NCBI GenBank assembly: GCA_048940645.1
Contig: JBHLOI010000085.1
Span: 1 to 11,825 of the forward strand
Reading direction: 5' to 3'
DNA length: 11,825 nucleotides
From: Promethearchaeota archaeon
Lineage (GTDB): Archaea; Asgardarchaeota; Lokiarchaeia; Sigyniarchaeales; SOKP01
Positions 1 through 7,387 of this stretch are shown piece after piece; positions within the stretch are counted from its first letter, which is position 1, and each line of letters begins with the position of its first letter. Under the pieces are notes generated by a model, which was given only the letters and a program-made list of their open reading frames with translations, was not told where the DNA came from and made no database searches. Position numbers and translations under genes: made by a program.

Positions 1-518
1 CTTCTATTTTCAAACATCTTATAAGGAGTTGTGCTACTAGTCGCCCCATAAAGCGTGGTTGGAGCCCCTTGACCACCAGTCATAGCATAAATACTATTAT
101 TAAAAATGAAAATGATACAATCAAGGTTTCTGCGACAAAGATGAATAAAATGATTACCGCCAATCCCTAAGCAATCCCCATCACCAGAGAAAATAATAGG
201 CTTCATATTTGGATTTGCCATTTTTATTCCTGTAGCAACCGCAGGAGCTCTACCATGAAGAGCCAAAATCTTCTGTATTTTTGCATGAATTAATAATAGC
301 ATTTGACTATAGCAACCAATTCCGATTATAGTTGGATATAAATGAGGATCTAGTTTCTTATCTTCAAATATCCGGGTGAAAATATGACCTATTATACCAT
401 ATCCACAACCAGAACAAAATCTTGTAGCAAAATTTTTATACATACTTCCTCCATATGAAAAGATTACATAAGGATGTTCTGGTTTCTCATTAGGAAGCAT
501 TCGACCAATATCTGGCAT
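1..518 (-). CDS. 2-oxoacid:ferredoxin oxidoreductase beta (TPP-binding) subunit, KorB-like; 3' end runs off the window
   Basis: Not in the ORF track; translated by hand from ATG at 516-518, which overlaps the alpha stop as TAATG: MPDIGRMLPNEKPEHPY...RFCSGCGYG...IGIGCYSQ...ALHGRAPAVATGIKMANP...FSGDGDCLGIGGNHFIHLCRRN...NNSIYAMTGGQGAPTT. It has the CxGC Fe-S motif, HGR, and the GDGD...NN TPP motif. A GGAGGTG SD lies just upstream, inside the alpha gene. Confidence 0.95.
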   Translation of the reverse strand, partial: MPDIGRMLPNEKPEHPYVIFSYGGSMYKNFATRFCSGCGYGIIGHIFTRIFEDKKLDPHLYPTIIGIGCYSQMLLLIHAKIQKILALHGRAPAVATGIKMANPNMKPIIFSGDGDCLGIGGNHFIHLCRRNLDCIIFIFNNSIYAMTGGQGAPTTLYGATSSTTPYKMFENR

Positions 519-1693
519 TATTTAGCCACCTCCCTGATTATATTTAAAATGTCGTCTGGATGGTGAAATTCACAAACCTTAGGTATCTTTATAACAGGAG
601 TGTCAAGTTTAGTTACTCTTTCAACTTGTTCTGCAACATATCCAGTATAGTTTAACTCAGGAACGATTACTGCCCTTGCATCTTTAACAACTTGTTTAAC
701 CTGTTTATCAGGAAAGGGCCAAACAGTAACCAATCTAAAAATACCTACTTTGATATTTTCTTTTCTAGCAATATCGACAGCTCTATAACTTGAGCGTACT
801 GGTAAGCCATAAGCAATAATTACAATATTAGCATCATCTAATTTGTATTGCTCAGTAATACAGATTTTATCTTTATTTTTATTTATCTTATCCATAATTG
901 CTTCCATAAATTGCATAGGTTTAGGGGTTGGTAATCCTTCATAATTATGAGGTTGATGAAGAAACATCCCTGGACAATAGTCAGTTCCCATTTGAGGAGG
1001 TTTAGGGATAATTAATTTTCCTGTTATATCATCTTTATAGGTAAATTTCTTAACAAATTGATCAGGCGGAGGTAATTCTCTATTAATAACTCTTTTTAGA
1101 ATTTCTTCTTTTGAAGGGATGTTAACTATCTCATGTAAATGACCTAAATATGCATCCGATAAAATATATACAGGACATCGGTAAGTTTCAGCATAATTAA
1201 AGGCTATTATTGTTAAATCATAAAGTTCTTGACAAGACATTGGTGCGAGTGCAATTACTTGAAATTCTCCATTTCCAGAAAAACGCACCAAACCTATATC
1301 GTTATGATGTGGTTCTGTTACGAACCCAGTTCCAGGGCCATTTCTCTGGACATCACAAAAAACAAACGGTACTTCCAGATTTGCAGCCATAGATATTGTT
1401 TCTACCATCAATGATAACCCCGGTCCCGACGTAGCAGTCATTGATTTTACGCCTACTAAAGAGGCTCCTATTACCGAGTTAATAGAAGCTAGTTCATCTT
1501 CCATTTGCATACAAACTCCTCCAACTTGGGGTAATCTTACCGCTAAATGTTCAATTACTTCTGTACTGGGAGTTATTGGATATCCACCAAAAAATTTTAA
1601 TCCTGATGACATTGCTCCTTCTGCCATTGCAACATTTCCCATCATCAAATGCCTTCCTTCTGGTAAAAATCTTTTTCCATTTCCATTATTCAT
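518..1693 (-). CDS. 2-oxoacid:ferredoxin oxidoreductase alpha subunit (KorA-like, no fused gamma domain)
   Basis: Motifs MGNxAxAEGA, GYPITPSTE, QMEDELAS, TATSGPGLSLM and DVQRxGP, plus a C-terminal transketolase-C-like domain (VWPFP, VPELN). SD GGAGGG at 1701-1706. Confidence 0.95.
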   Translation of the reverse strand: MNNGNGKRFLPEGRHLMMGNVAMAEGAMSSGLKFFGGYPITPSTEVIEHLAVRLPQVGGVCMQMEDELASINSVIGASLVGVKSMTATSGPGLSLMVETISMAANLEVPFVFCDVQRNGPGTGFVTEPHHNDIGLVRFSGNGEFQVIALAPMSCQELYDLTIIAFNYAETYRCPVYILSDAYLGHLHEIVNIPSKEEILKRVINRELPPPDQFVKKFTYKDDITGKLIIPKPPQMGTDYCPGMFLHQPHNYEGLPTPKPMQFMEAIMDKINKNKDKICITEQYKLDDANIVIIAYGLPVRSSYRAVDIARKENIKVGIFRLVTVWPFPDKQVKQVVKDARAVIVPELNYTGYVAEQVERVTKLDTPVIKIPKVCEFHHPDDILNIIREVAK

Positions 1694-1706
1694 TTCATAT
1701 CCCTCC

Positions 1707-1979
1707 TTATGTTTTGGCTTTTTCAGCTAATTTGTCCTCCCCCTCTTCTAAAACATAAATACACCATTCAGGGCATCCAAATTCACATCTCCGACAACCA
1801 GTACAATATTTTGCTTTATCCTCTTTTACTCTTGGAATATAAGCAACTCTCATATTCAATTCATCTCCAATTTCTAAAATACCTGTTGGGCATACAGACA
1901 CGCATATAGCACACTGGTCTCCGCCACATCTATTTTTATTAAAAAATAATGTAAATTTTTTTTCCTTATTTTCCACCAA
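1707..1979 (-). CDS. 2x[4Fe-4S] ferredoxin-like delta subunit of the oxidoreductase (KorD-like)
   Basis: Cluster motifs CGGDQCAICVSVCP and CTGCRRCEFGCP. First gene of a delta-alpha-beta operon. Start is TTG (1977-1979) or the adjacent GTG. Confidence 0.9.
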   Translation of the reverse strand: MVENKEKKFTLFFNKNRCGGDQCAICVSVCPTGILEIGDELNMRVAYIPRVKEDKAKYCTGCRRCEFGCPEWCIYVLEEGEDKLAEKAKT

Positions 1980-2039
1980 TTTTGGAATTTTTAAATCAAC
2001 TCCAAAAAAATTCTATTGAATTAAAAAATAATTTAATTG

Positions 2040-2052
2040 TTATAAATTTCAG
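2040..2052 (-). promoter_or_regulatory. Putative archaeal BRE/TATA promoter of the oxidoreductase operon
   Basis: Minus strand reads CTGAAA-TTTATAA about 60 nt upstream of the ferredoxin start, with a GGAGTTGA SD-like site at 1996-2003 in between. Confidence 0.45.
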
Positions 2053-2064
2053 TTTACTTCAAAA

Positions 2065-2077
2065 TAAGTATTACTTA
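2065..2077. promoter_or_regulatory. 6-1-6 inverted repeat TAAGTA-T-TACTTA in the divergent promoter region
   Basis: Perfect inverted repeat seen directly, lying between the two candidate TATA boxes. Function is inferred. Confidence 0.3.
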
Positions 2078-2108
2078 AAATAACTTAAGGCAAAATAATT
2101 AAAACCTT

Positions 2109-2118
2109 TTTTTAAATT
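2109..2118 (+). promoter_or_regulatory. Putative TATA box for a leaderless CCG/LutB-like transcript
   Basis: TTTTTAAATT centred about 23 nt upstream of ATG 2136, and no SD precedes that ATG. Confidence 0.35.
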
Positions 2119-2135
2119 GAGATTATATCTTTATT

Positions 2136-2879
2136 ATGAATAAAATAATTTTCTTAGGTTGTTTATCAAGTACTAAATATAAAAATACGTGCGAGAATGC
2201 GAAAAAAATTATTAAATTTTTAGATAATGATTATCAGGAGTTGAAAAATCCTCCTTGTTGTGGTGCTCTTGCTCATCAAATCGTATCCGTCGAAGAAATA
2301 AGAGATCACGTAAAATATGTAAATAATTGGTTTAAAGATAATGATATAAACCAATTGATTACCATATGCGCAGGTTGCTATAATTATCTTACAAGATATT
2401 ATCCTGAACATTTAGGAATAGATTTTAATATTAAAGTAATGCATTTGCTCCAATTTATAAATAAACCTGAAAATTTGAAAAAGTTGAACCTAAAATATTC
2501 AGGTAAAAAATTAAAAATATATTATCATGATGCATGTCATTTGAGAAATGCAGAGATCCCAATTATTGATGAACCACGAAATATTATTAATTCAATCCAA
2601 GGAAACATTGTTCTCGGTGAAATGGAAAACAATAGAATAAATTCTCTTTGTTGTGGAGCAGGAGGGGGAGTATATTCAATTTTTAAAGAAAATAGTGATT
2701 TCAGTTCTAAATTAATTTTTGATCAAATGAGAATGCCTAAAGCCTTGCTTACCGCTTGTCCCTTTTGTTATACTTCTTTTATAAGAATTAAGGAAGAAAA
2801 TAATATTAAAACGCCTGTAATTAAATTCGAAGATTTCATTTTAAAATTAATGGAAGGAGTTGATCCTATAAGTGTCTGA
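2136..2879 (+). CDS. Two-CCG-domain (cysteine-rich) Fe-S protein, LutA/GlpC/HdrD-C-terminal-like
   Basis: First CCG domain: FLGC, PCCGA, ICAGC. Second CCG domain: YHDACHL, LCCGAGGG, TACPFC. Overlaps the next gene. Confidence 0.9.
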   Translation: MNKIIFLGCLSSTKYKNTCENAKKIIKFLDNDYQELKNPPCCGALAHQIVSVEEIRDHVKYVNNWFKDNDINQLITICAGCYNYLTRYYPEHLGIDFNIKVMHLLQFINKPENLKKLNLKYSGKKLKIYYHDACHLRNAEIPIIDEPRNIINSIQGNIVLGEMENNRINSLCCGAGGGVYSIFKENSDFSSKLIFDQMRMPKALLTACPFCYTSFIRIKEENNIKTPVIKFEDFILKLMEGVDPISV

Positions 2880-4176
2880 AAAGGGAAAGGAATTATATAA
2901 TGAAATTAAAGACAAATTGGAAGAATTGCAAATTGAAAATTCAGCTTATGCTCAATTTAATGAAATATGGAAAATGGCATGTGCTATCAAATATAAATCA
3001 TATGATTTAAGGTATCTTTATGAAGATACAAGTAGGGAATTTGTTGATGAACATAAAGAGCGATTAATTAAAATGAAAGATGATTTTATTGAAAACTTAG
3101 ATAAATATGTGGCAAAATGTATTAAAGTAATGGAAAGCACAAATCACTTTAAAGTATATCTCGCAAAAACTAATGAAGAAGCTCAAAGAATTTTTATGGA
3201 AGAATTAGGCAATAACAAAGTTATTTATAAGTCAAAGTCTTTAGAGGCAAAAGATGCGGGGATAGTGGATATCCTTAAAAATAATAATATAACTATAAAA
3301 GAAACTGACTTAGGAGATGTATTCTGCCAACTATTAGAATATGATTATCCGAGTTTTACTTTAGGTCCTGGAATACAATTTACTCCCGAAGAGATTGTCG
3401 CCAAAATAAAAGATAAGTATGGTGTTGAAGTCAAGCCTGAAGCTGAATCAATCGTTGATTATTTTAGAAATACATATCGGAAAGAATTACTTAATGATGT
3501 AAAAGTATCATTAACTTCAGCAAATGCTATATCAGCACAAGATGGATCAATTGTTTTAGTAGAAAATGAAGGAAATATTAGTATTATTACAAGAGCAACA
3601 GAAAAGCATATAGTAGTGACGGGAATCCAAAGAATAGTCCCAACCGTTTTTGATGCTTTGCTATGCGCTAAAATACAAGAAAGAATTATAAATGTTGATG
3701 GTGCTTATATTAGTTTTATTTCAGCTCCTTCAAATACTTCAGATGTTCAAGGACACCGTGTATTCGGAATGTACGGAGCTAAGGAAGTAGTTGTAATTCT
3801 TGTTGATGAATGGCGTATGAAAGCTGTAAAAGAAAACCTTTTCTATAAGGATATGTTGAAATGCATCGGTTGTAAAAGCTGTGATCTTGTATGCACTGCC
3901 TCTAGAGCTTTCGGAAATATTTATGCTTCTAAATATGGAATTGGTGCTATAAATATTGTTCGTGATTATATTCATAACGGTATTGAAGCAGCAGTCACTG
4001 ATGGTTTGTTCCTATGTACTGGATGTGAAAATTGTACTAACTGGTGTCCAACAGGAGTTGATCTAGCAGAAATGATAAGGCAATTGAAAAGAATCGCGAT
4101 TGATAAAGACCTATGTCCTCCACCATTAAATGAATACAAAGAAAAAATTTTTAAGGATAAAAATCCTTTCAAATAA
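2872..4176 (+). CDS. LutB/LldF-like LUD-domain protein with C-terminal 2x[4Fe-4S] domain (putative 2-hydroxy-acid dehydrogenase subunit)
   Basis: LUD-family motifs KSKS, ETDLG, SANA..DGSIVLVENEGN and HIVVTG..RIVP; ferredoxin motifs CIGCKSCDLVC and CTGCENCTNWCP. GTG start with GGAGTTGA SD; translationally coupled to the CCG gene. Confidence 0.88.
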   Translation: MSEKGKELYNEIKDKLEELQIENSAYAQFNEIWKMACAIKYKSYDLRYLYEDTSREFVDEHKERLIKMKDDFIENLDKYVAKCIKVMESTNHFKVYLAKTNEEAQRIFMEELGNNKVIYKSKSLEAKDAGIVDILKNNNITIKETDLGDVFCQLLEYDYPSFTLGPGIQFTPEEIVAKIKDKYGVEVKPEAESIVDYFRNTYRKELLNDVKVSLTSANAISAQDGSIVLVENEGNISIITRATEKHIVVTGIQRIVPTVFDALLCAKIQERIINVDGAYISFISAPSNTSDVQGHRVFGMYGAKEVVVILVDEWRMKAVKENLFYKDMLKCIGCKSCDLVCTASRAFGNIYASKYGIGAINIVRDYIHNGIEAAVTDGLFLCTGCENCTNWCPTGVDLAEMIRQLKRIAIDKDLCPPPLNEYKEKIFKDKNPFK

Positions 4177-4217
4177 ATTTTAATTATTAATCGATAACTA
4201 CTTCTTAGGTTAAATCA

Positions 4218-5402
4218 CTATGAATGAAAAATCTGAAATGGAGCAGCTGAACACCTCCATATTGCTATATCTTCAAAACCTAATATTTCTGCATAAGTTT
4301 TTTCACCATTACATGTCTCCTTTAATTTTTGCCACAATATATTAGCAATATCTTTAACTGCTTTATTTTCAGTAATTATTTTACTAGCATCGACGTCAAT
4401 ATTGCTTGCCATCCAATCACATGTTTTTGGATTACCACAGATCTTAATGACAGGCGTTACAGGGTTACCACAGGGACTTCCTCGACCAGTTGTCATTATT
4501 ATAGCTTGAGCACCTGCAGCTGCTAATCCCGTCATGGATTCAACGTCCAAACCAGGTTCTATCATTAGCCATAATCCTTTTCCTTTAGGAGCTTCAGAAT
4601 ACTCTAAAATCCCGTTAATAGGAGCCTTTCCCGCTTTTGCAATGGTTCCTAACGACTTTTCTTCAATTGTGGTTAAACCACCTTCTATATTACCAGGTGT
4701 TGGTTGTATCCCCCGAAAATCTATTCCAAGTTTCACCGTATTTTCTAAAAACATATTAATTGTTGTATTTATTTTCTTAGCAATTTTTTCATCAGCAGCT
4801 CTTTTTATTAGCAAGTGTTCAGTTCCAATCCATTCAGTAAATTCGGGTAAAATTGAAGTTCCCCCTAATTCAATTATCTTATCTGAAACAATTCCTACGG
4901 CTGGGTTTGCTGAAATCCCAGAAATCGAATCTGAACCTCCACATTCTAAACCTAAAACTAGATTTGAGAAATCAAAAAATTCTCTTTTTAATTCTTTAGC
5001 TTCTTCAGCCATCTGTTCCCCAATTTTAATTCCTTTTTCTATTGCAGCTTTGGAACCACCCTGAACATCTTGTAAATTGAAAAAATCAACAGGCTTTTTT
5101 GCTCTTTTGATATTTTTAGCAATTAACTTGTTAGTTAAATTTTCACACCCTAAACCTACAACAATAGCACTATAAATATTTGGATTATTAGCTAATCCGA
5201 CTAGAGTTCTCTGAGTGTAAGAAAAATCTGGTCCGAATTGACCACATCCTAAAGGATGCGTTATGGCGACAGCATTTTCAATTTGATTTGCAATTTTCTG
5301 TGCAACATGGTTAACACAAACTACTGAAGAAATAACTGCGATTTTATTTCTAATACCCACTTTACCTTTTGGCCGCTCATAACCTAAAAATTCTTCGCTC
5401 AT
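4218..5402 (-). CDS. UxaA/GarD/SuyB-family dehydratase, large (catalytic) subunit
   Basis: Motifs GYxRxxGxVGIRN, HPLGCGQ, NPN..VVGLGCE, ECGGSD..SG..ANPAVG, PTPGNIEGGLTTIEEKSLG and TTGRGSPxGNPVxPVIKI. ATGA overlap with the SAF gene; TAG TGA double stop. Confidence 0.93.
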   Translation of the reverse strand: MSEEFLGYERPKGKVGIRNKIAVISSVVCVNHVAQKIANQIENAVAITHPLGCGQFGPDFSYTQRTLVGLANNPNIYSAIVVGLGCENLTNKLIAKNIKRAKKPVDFFNLQDVQGGSKAAIEKGIKIGEQMAEEAKELKREFFDFSNLVLGLECGGSDSISGISANPAVGIVSDKIIELGGTSILPEFTEWIGTEHLLIKRAADEKIAKKINTTINMFLENTVKLGIDFRGIQPTPGNIEGGLTTIEEKSLGTIAKAGKAPINGILEYSEAPKGKGLWLMIEPGLDVESMTGLAAAGAQAIIMTTGRGSPCGNPVTPVIKICGNPKTCDWMASNIDVDASKIITENKAVKDIANILWQKLKETCNGEKTYAEILGFEDIAIWRCSAAPFQIFHS

Positions 5403-5686
5403 TTTTTGATCTCCTCAAGATAGTGACTTTTTATGTTATGCGTGTGTATCCAATCGCCAGCTTTAATTTTTTGTGTGGCAATTCCTATTATTTCTCCATA
5501 CTTCTTAATTAATTCACCTTTATTTATATCTATTAATGCAAATTTGTGCCCCATTGGAATCTCTTGACTCAATTTTATAAGATTCTGGTTTATCTCAATT
5601 ACCCGAGCTTTTGAAATATTCTCCAGTGCGGTAGCACAGTTATCCTCGGGATTCATGATAATAAAATTATCCTTTTTTCTTCGCAT
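5399..5686 (-). CDS. SAF-domain small subunit of the split UxaA-family dehydratase (SuyA-like architecture)
   Basis: Motifs DNCATAL, IPMGHKFAL..I..G..I.KYGE.IG.A and WIHTHN. Coupled to the large subunit. Confidence 0.92.
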   Translation of the reverse strand: MRRKKDNFIIMNPEDNCATALENISKARVIEINQNLIKLSQEIPMGHKFALIDINKGELIKKYGEIIGIATQKIKAGDWIHTHNIKSHYLEEIKK

Positions 5687-5731
5687 TTTAAATCCATCAG
5701 ATAAATTATCATTGTTAAATTAAAATAGACA

Positions 5732-6109
5732 TTATAGCACTGCAATAGCACTTATTTCTATTAACATAGAAGTTAATGGTAAATTTGATACTTCTACTGT
5801 AGCTCTTGCTGGATAAATTTCTGTAACTCCATTATCATTAAAAAACTTTTCATAAGTCCTGTTCATTTTCCCAAAATCTTCCATATTTCTTAGAAAGACA
5901 GTAGTATTAACTATATTAGCAACTTTTCCTCCGGCAGTTTCAACAATTTTCTTGATATTATCTAGTGCTGTATATGTCTGGTCTTTAATATCTATTGTTC
6001 CTTGCGCAGTTCCTTGACCTGAGATAAATAATAAATTTCCAGTTTTTATACCAGGAGTATAAGGACCAGCAACAGGAGTTCCGGGATTAATATTTTTAAT
6101 ATCTACCAT
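5732..6109 (-). CDS. ridA: RidA/YjgF-family enamine/imine deaminase
   Basis: Motifs GPY, LFISGQ, TTVFL..M.DF..MN..Y, PARATVEV (catalytic Arg retained) and IEISAIA. Canonical SD GAGGTGA at 6120-6126. Confidence 0.92.
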   Translation of the reverse strand: MVDIKNINPGTPVAGPYTPGIKTGNLLFISGQGTAQGTIDIKDQTYTALDNIKKIVETAGGKVANIVNTTVFLRNMEDFGKMNRTYEKFFNDNGVTEIYPARATVEVSNLPLTSMLIEISAIAVL

Positions 6110-6119
6110 AAATAATTTT

Positions 6120-6126
6120 TCACCTC
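6120..6126 (-). promoter_or_regulatory. Shine-Dalgarno site GAGGTGA for ridA
   Basis: Reverse complement of TCACCTC, 10 nt upstream of ATG 6109. Confidence 0.75.
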
Positions 6127-6131
6127 AATAA

Positions 6132-7211
6132 CTAATAATTTTTTCCTCTTGCTAAAATTTCCCATTTATCAAAGACTTTGTTATTTTTTATAATAGTAAA
6201 GAAATCATATAGATTTACAGTTGTACAAATATGTGAAGGGTATAATTCAACCTTTTGCCCTATTTCAAAAGTGTCTTTAAGACCTGCTCTAAAAATAGAG
6301 TGTTCTTCTGTCATTACTTTAACCTTGCATTTGGGATAGTTCTTGAAAATTGGATTTCCATTGTCATTGGTAGCAGCTTTTAATCCTGTATCAACAGTAT
6401 ATAGTCTTTTTCCAGGATTATTGGTGACTGTCCCTAAAACAGTAGCTCCGATATTAAATTCTGGAGATACTCTATAATAATGTTCATCATTGAAAATATA
6501 GGTGCCAGGTTGAATTTCGGTTATCCCTTTGTATTTTGCTGAAAATTTGTAAGTAACAGTATTACTTGCTGTCAAATAATTTACATTAAATTCATTATTA
6601 TTTAATAGATCTCTTGTATCTACTAATAACTTTAGACATTCTTCTGTTTGCTTTTTTCTTAATTCAGGGTCTATCATTGAAGTTAAATGACCCTCATAAC
6701 CTTGAAGTCCTACTAACTTTAAATTTGGTTGCTTTAAAATAAAGTTCGCAAGTTTTAATGCTGATTCTCCAGGTTCTACTCCATTTCTTCCTAAACCAAC
6801 ATCTACTTCAATTAAAATCTCTAATTTAACATCATTTTTAGAAGCAATTTTATTTAAGTCAAAAACATTCTTTTCTGAATCAACACAAACTCTTACTAAT
6901 GACTTTTTATTGAGTTCTACCAATCTTTTAATTTGAGTTAAATTGACGACTTCATTTGCGATTAAAATATCATTAAAGCCGTTTTCAGCGAATACTTCAG
7001 CTTCACCAACTCTTGCAACACAAATCCCATTAGCTCCTGCTTCGAGTTGCATCTTTCCAATAATTGGGCATTTATGAGTTTTAACATGGGGACGTAATTT
7101 TACATTATTTTTTTTAGCAAAATTTGCCATTTTCTCAATGTTTTCTTTCATTATATCATAGTAGACTAAAAGAGCAGGTGTTGAGATTTTATCCCTCCAA
7201 GTTTCTTCCAA
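6132..7211 (-). CDS. Fold-type III PLP enzyme of the DSD1/D-threonine aldolase family (probable D-serine or beta-hydroxy-D-amino-acid dehydratase)
   Basis: Motifs TPALLV, LRPHVKTHK (PLP lysine), EVDVGLGRNGV, GYEGH, EIQPGTYIFND, EEH and PSHICTTVN. TTG start at 7209-7211. Confidence 0.9.
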   Translation of the reverse strand: MEETWRDKISTPALLVYYDIMKENIEKMANFAKKNNVKLRPHVKTHKCPIIGKMQLEAGANGICVARVGEAEVFAENGFNDILIANEVVNLTQIKRLVELNKKSLVRVCVDSEKNVFDLNKIASKNDVKLEILIEVDVGLGRNGVEPGESALKLANFILKQPNLKLVGLQGYEGHLTSMIDPELRKKQTEECLKLLVDTRDLLNNNEFNVNYLTASNTVTYKFSAKYKGITEIQPGTYIFNDEHYYRVSPEFNIGATVLGTVTNNPGKRLYTVDTGLKAATNDNGNPIFKNYPKCKVKVMTEEHSIFRAGLKDTFEIGQKVELYPSHICTTVNLYDFFTIIKNNKVFDKWEILARGKNY

Positions 7212-7387
7212 AATTTATAACCTTTCAAATAAGAATATTAGAATAGTGATTTATTAAAACATAAAAATCTAATTAAATTTATTGTGAATATAATTTCTAG
7301 ATAGAAATAGTATATCTATAAAATAGAAAATAATATTTGATACTATTCTATATATAATCTAACTCATTCAGAACTACTAGTGATAAT

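Noticed and set aside
1210-1909. Four short plus-strand ORFs (60-66 aa)
   Set aside because: Antisense shadows of the oxidoreductase alpha and delta genes with no recognisable motifs.
2220-4526. Short ORFs 2220-2411, 3739-3975, 3972-4172 and 4329-4526
   Set aside because: Each lies antisense within a confidently assigned gene.
4534-5064. 176-aa plus-strand ORF
   Set aside because: Lies fully antisense to the well-conserved UxaA-family gene, has Ser/Pro/Ile/Phe-rich mirror composition and no motifs.
2877-5401. Selenocysteine readthrough of the TGA stops of the CCG gene (2877-2879) and SAF gene (5399-5401)
   Set aside because: Both TGAs follow complete domains and overlap the next gene's start region, as in ordinary translational coupling. 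No Cys motif is interrupted and no convincing SECIS-like hairpin was seen.
4218-5686. Firm call as sulfolactate sulfo-lyase suyAB or altronate dehydratase uxaA
   Set aside because: The motifs are intermediate, and no sulfite exporter/reductase or uronate pathway genes are in the window. Kept only as hypotheses.
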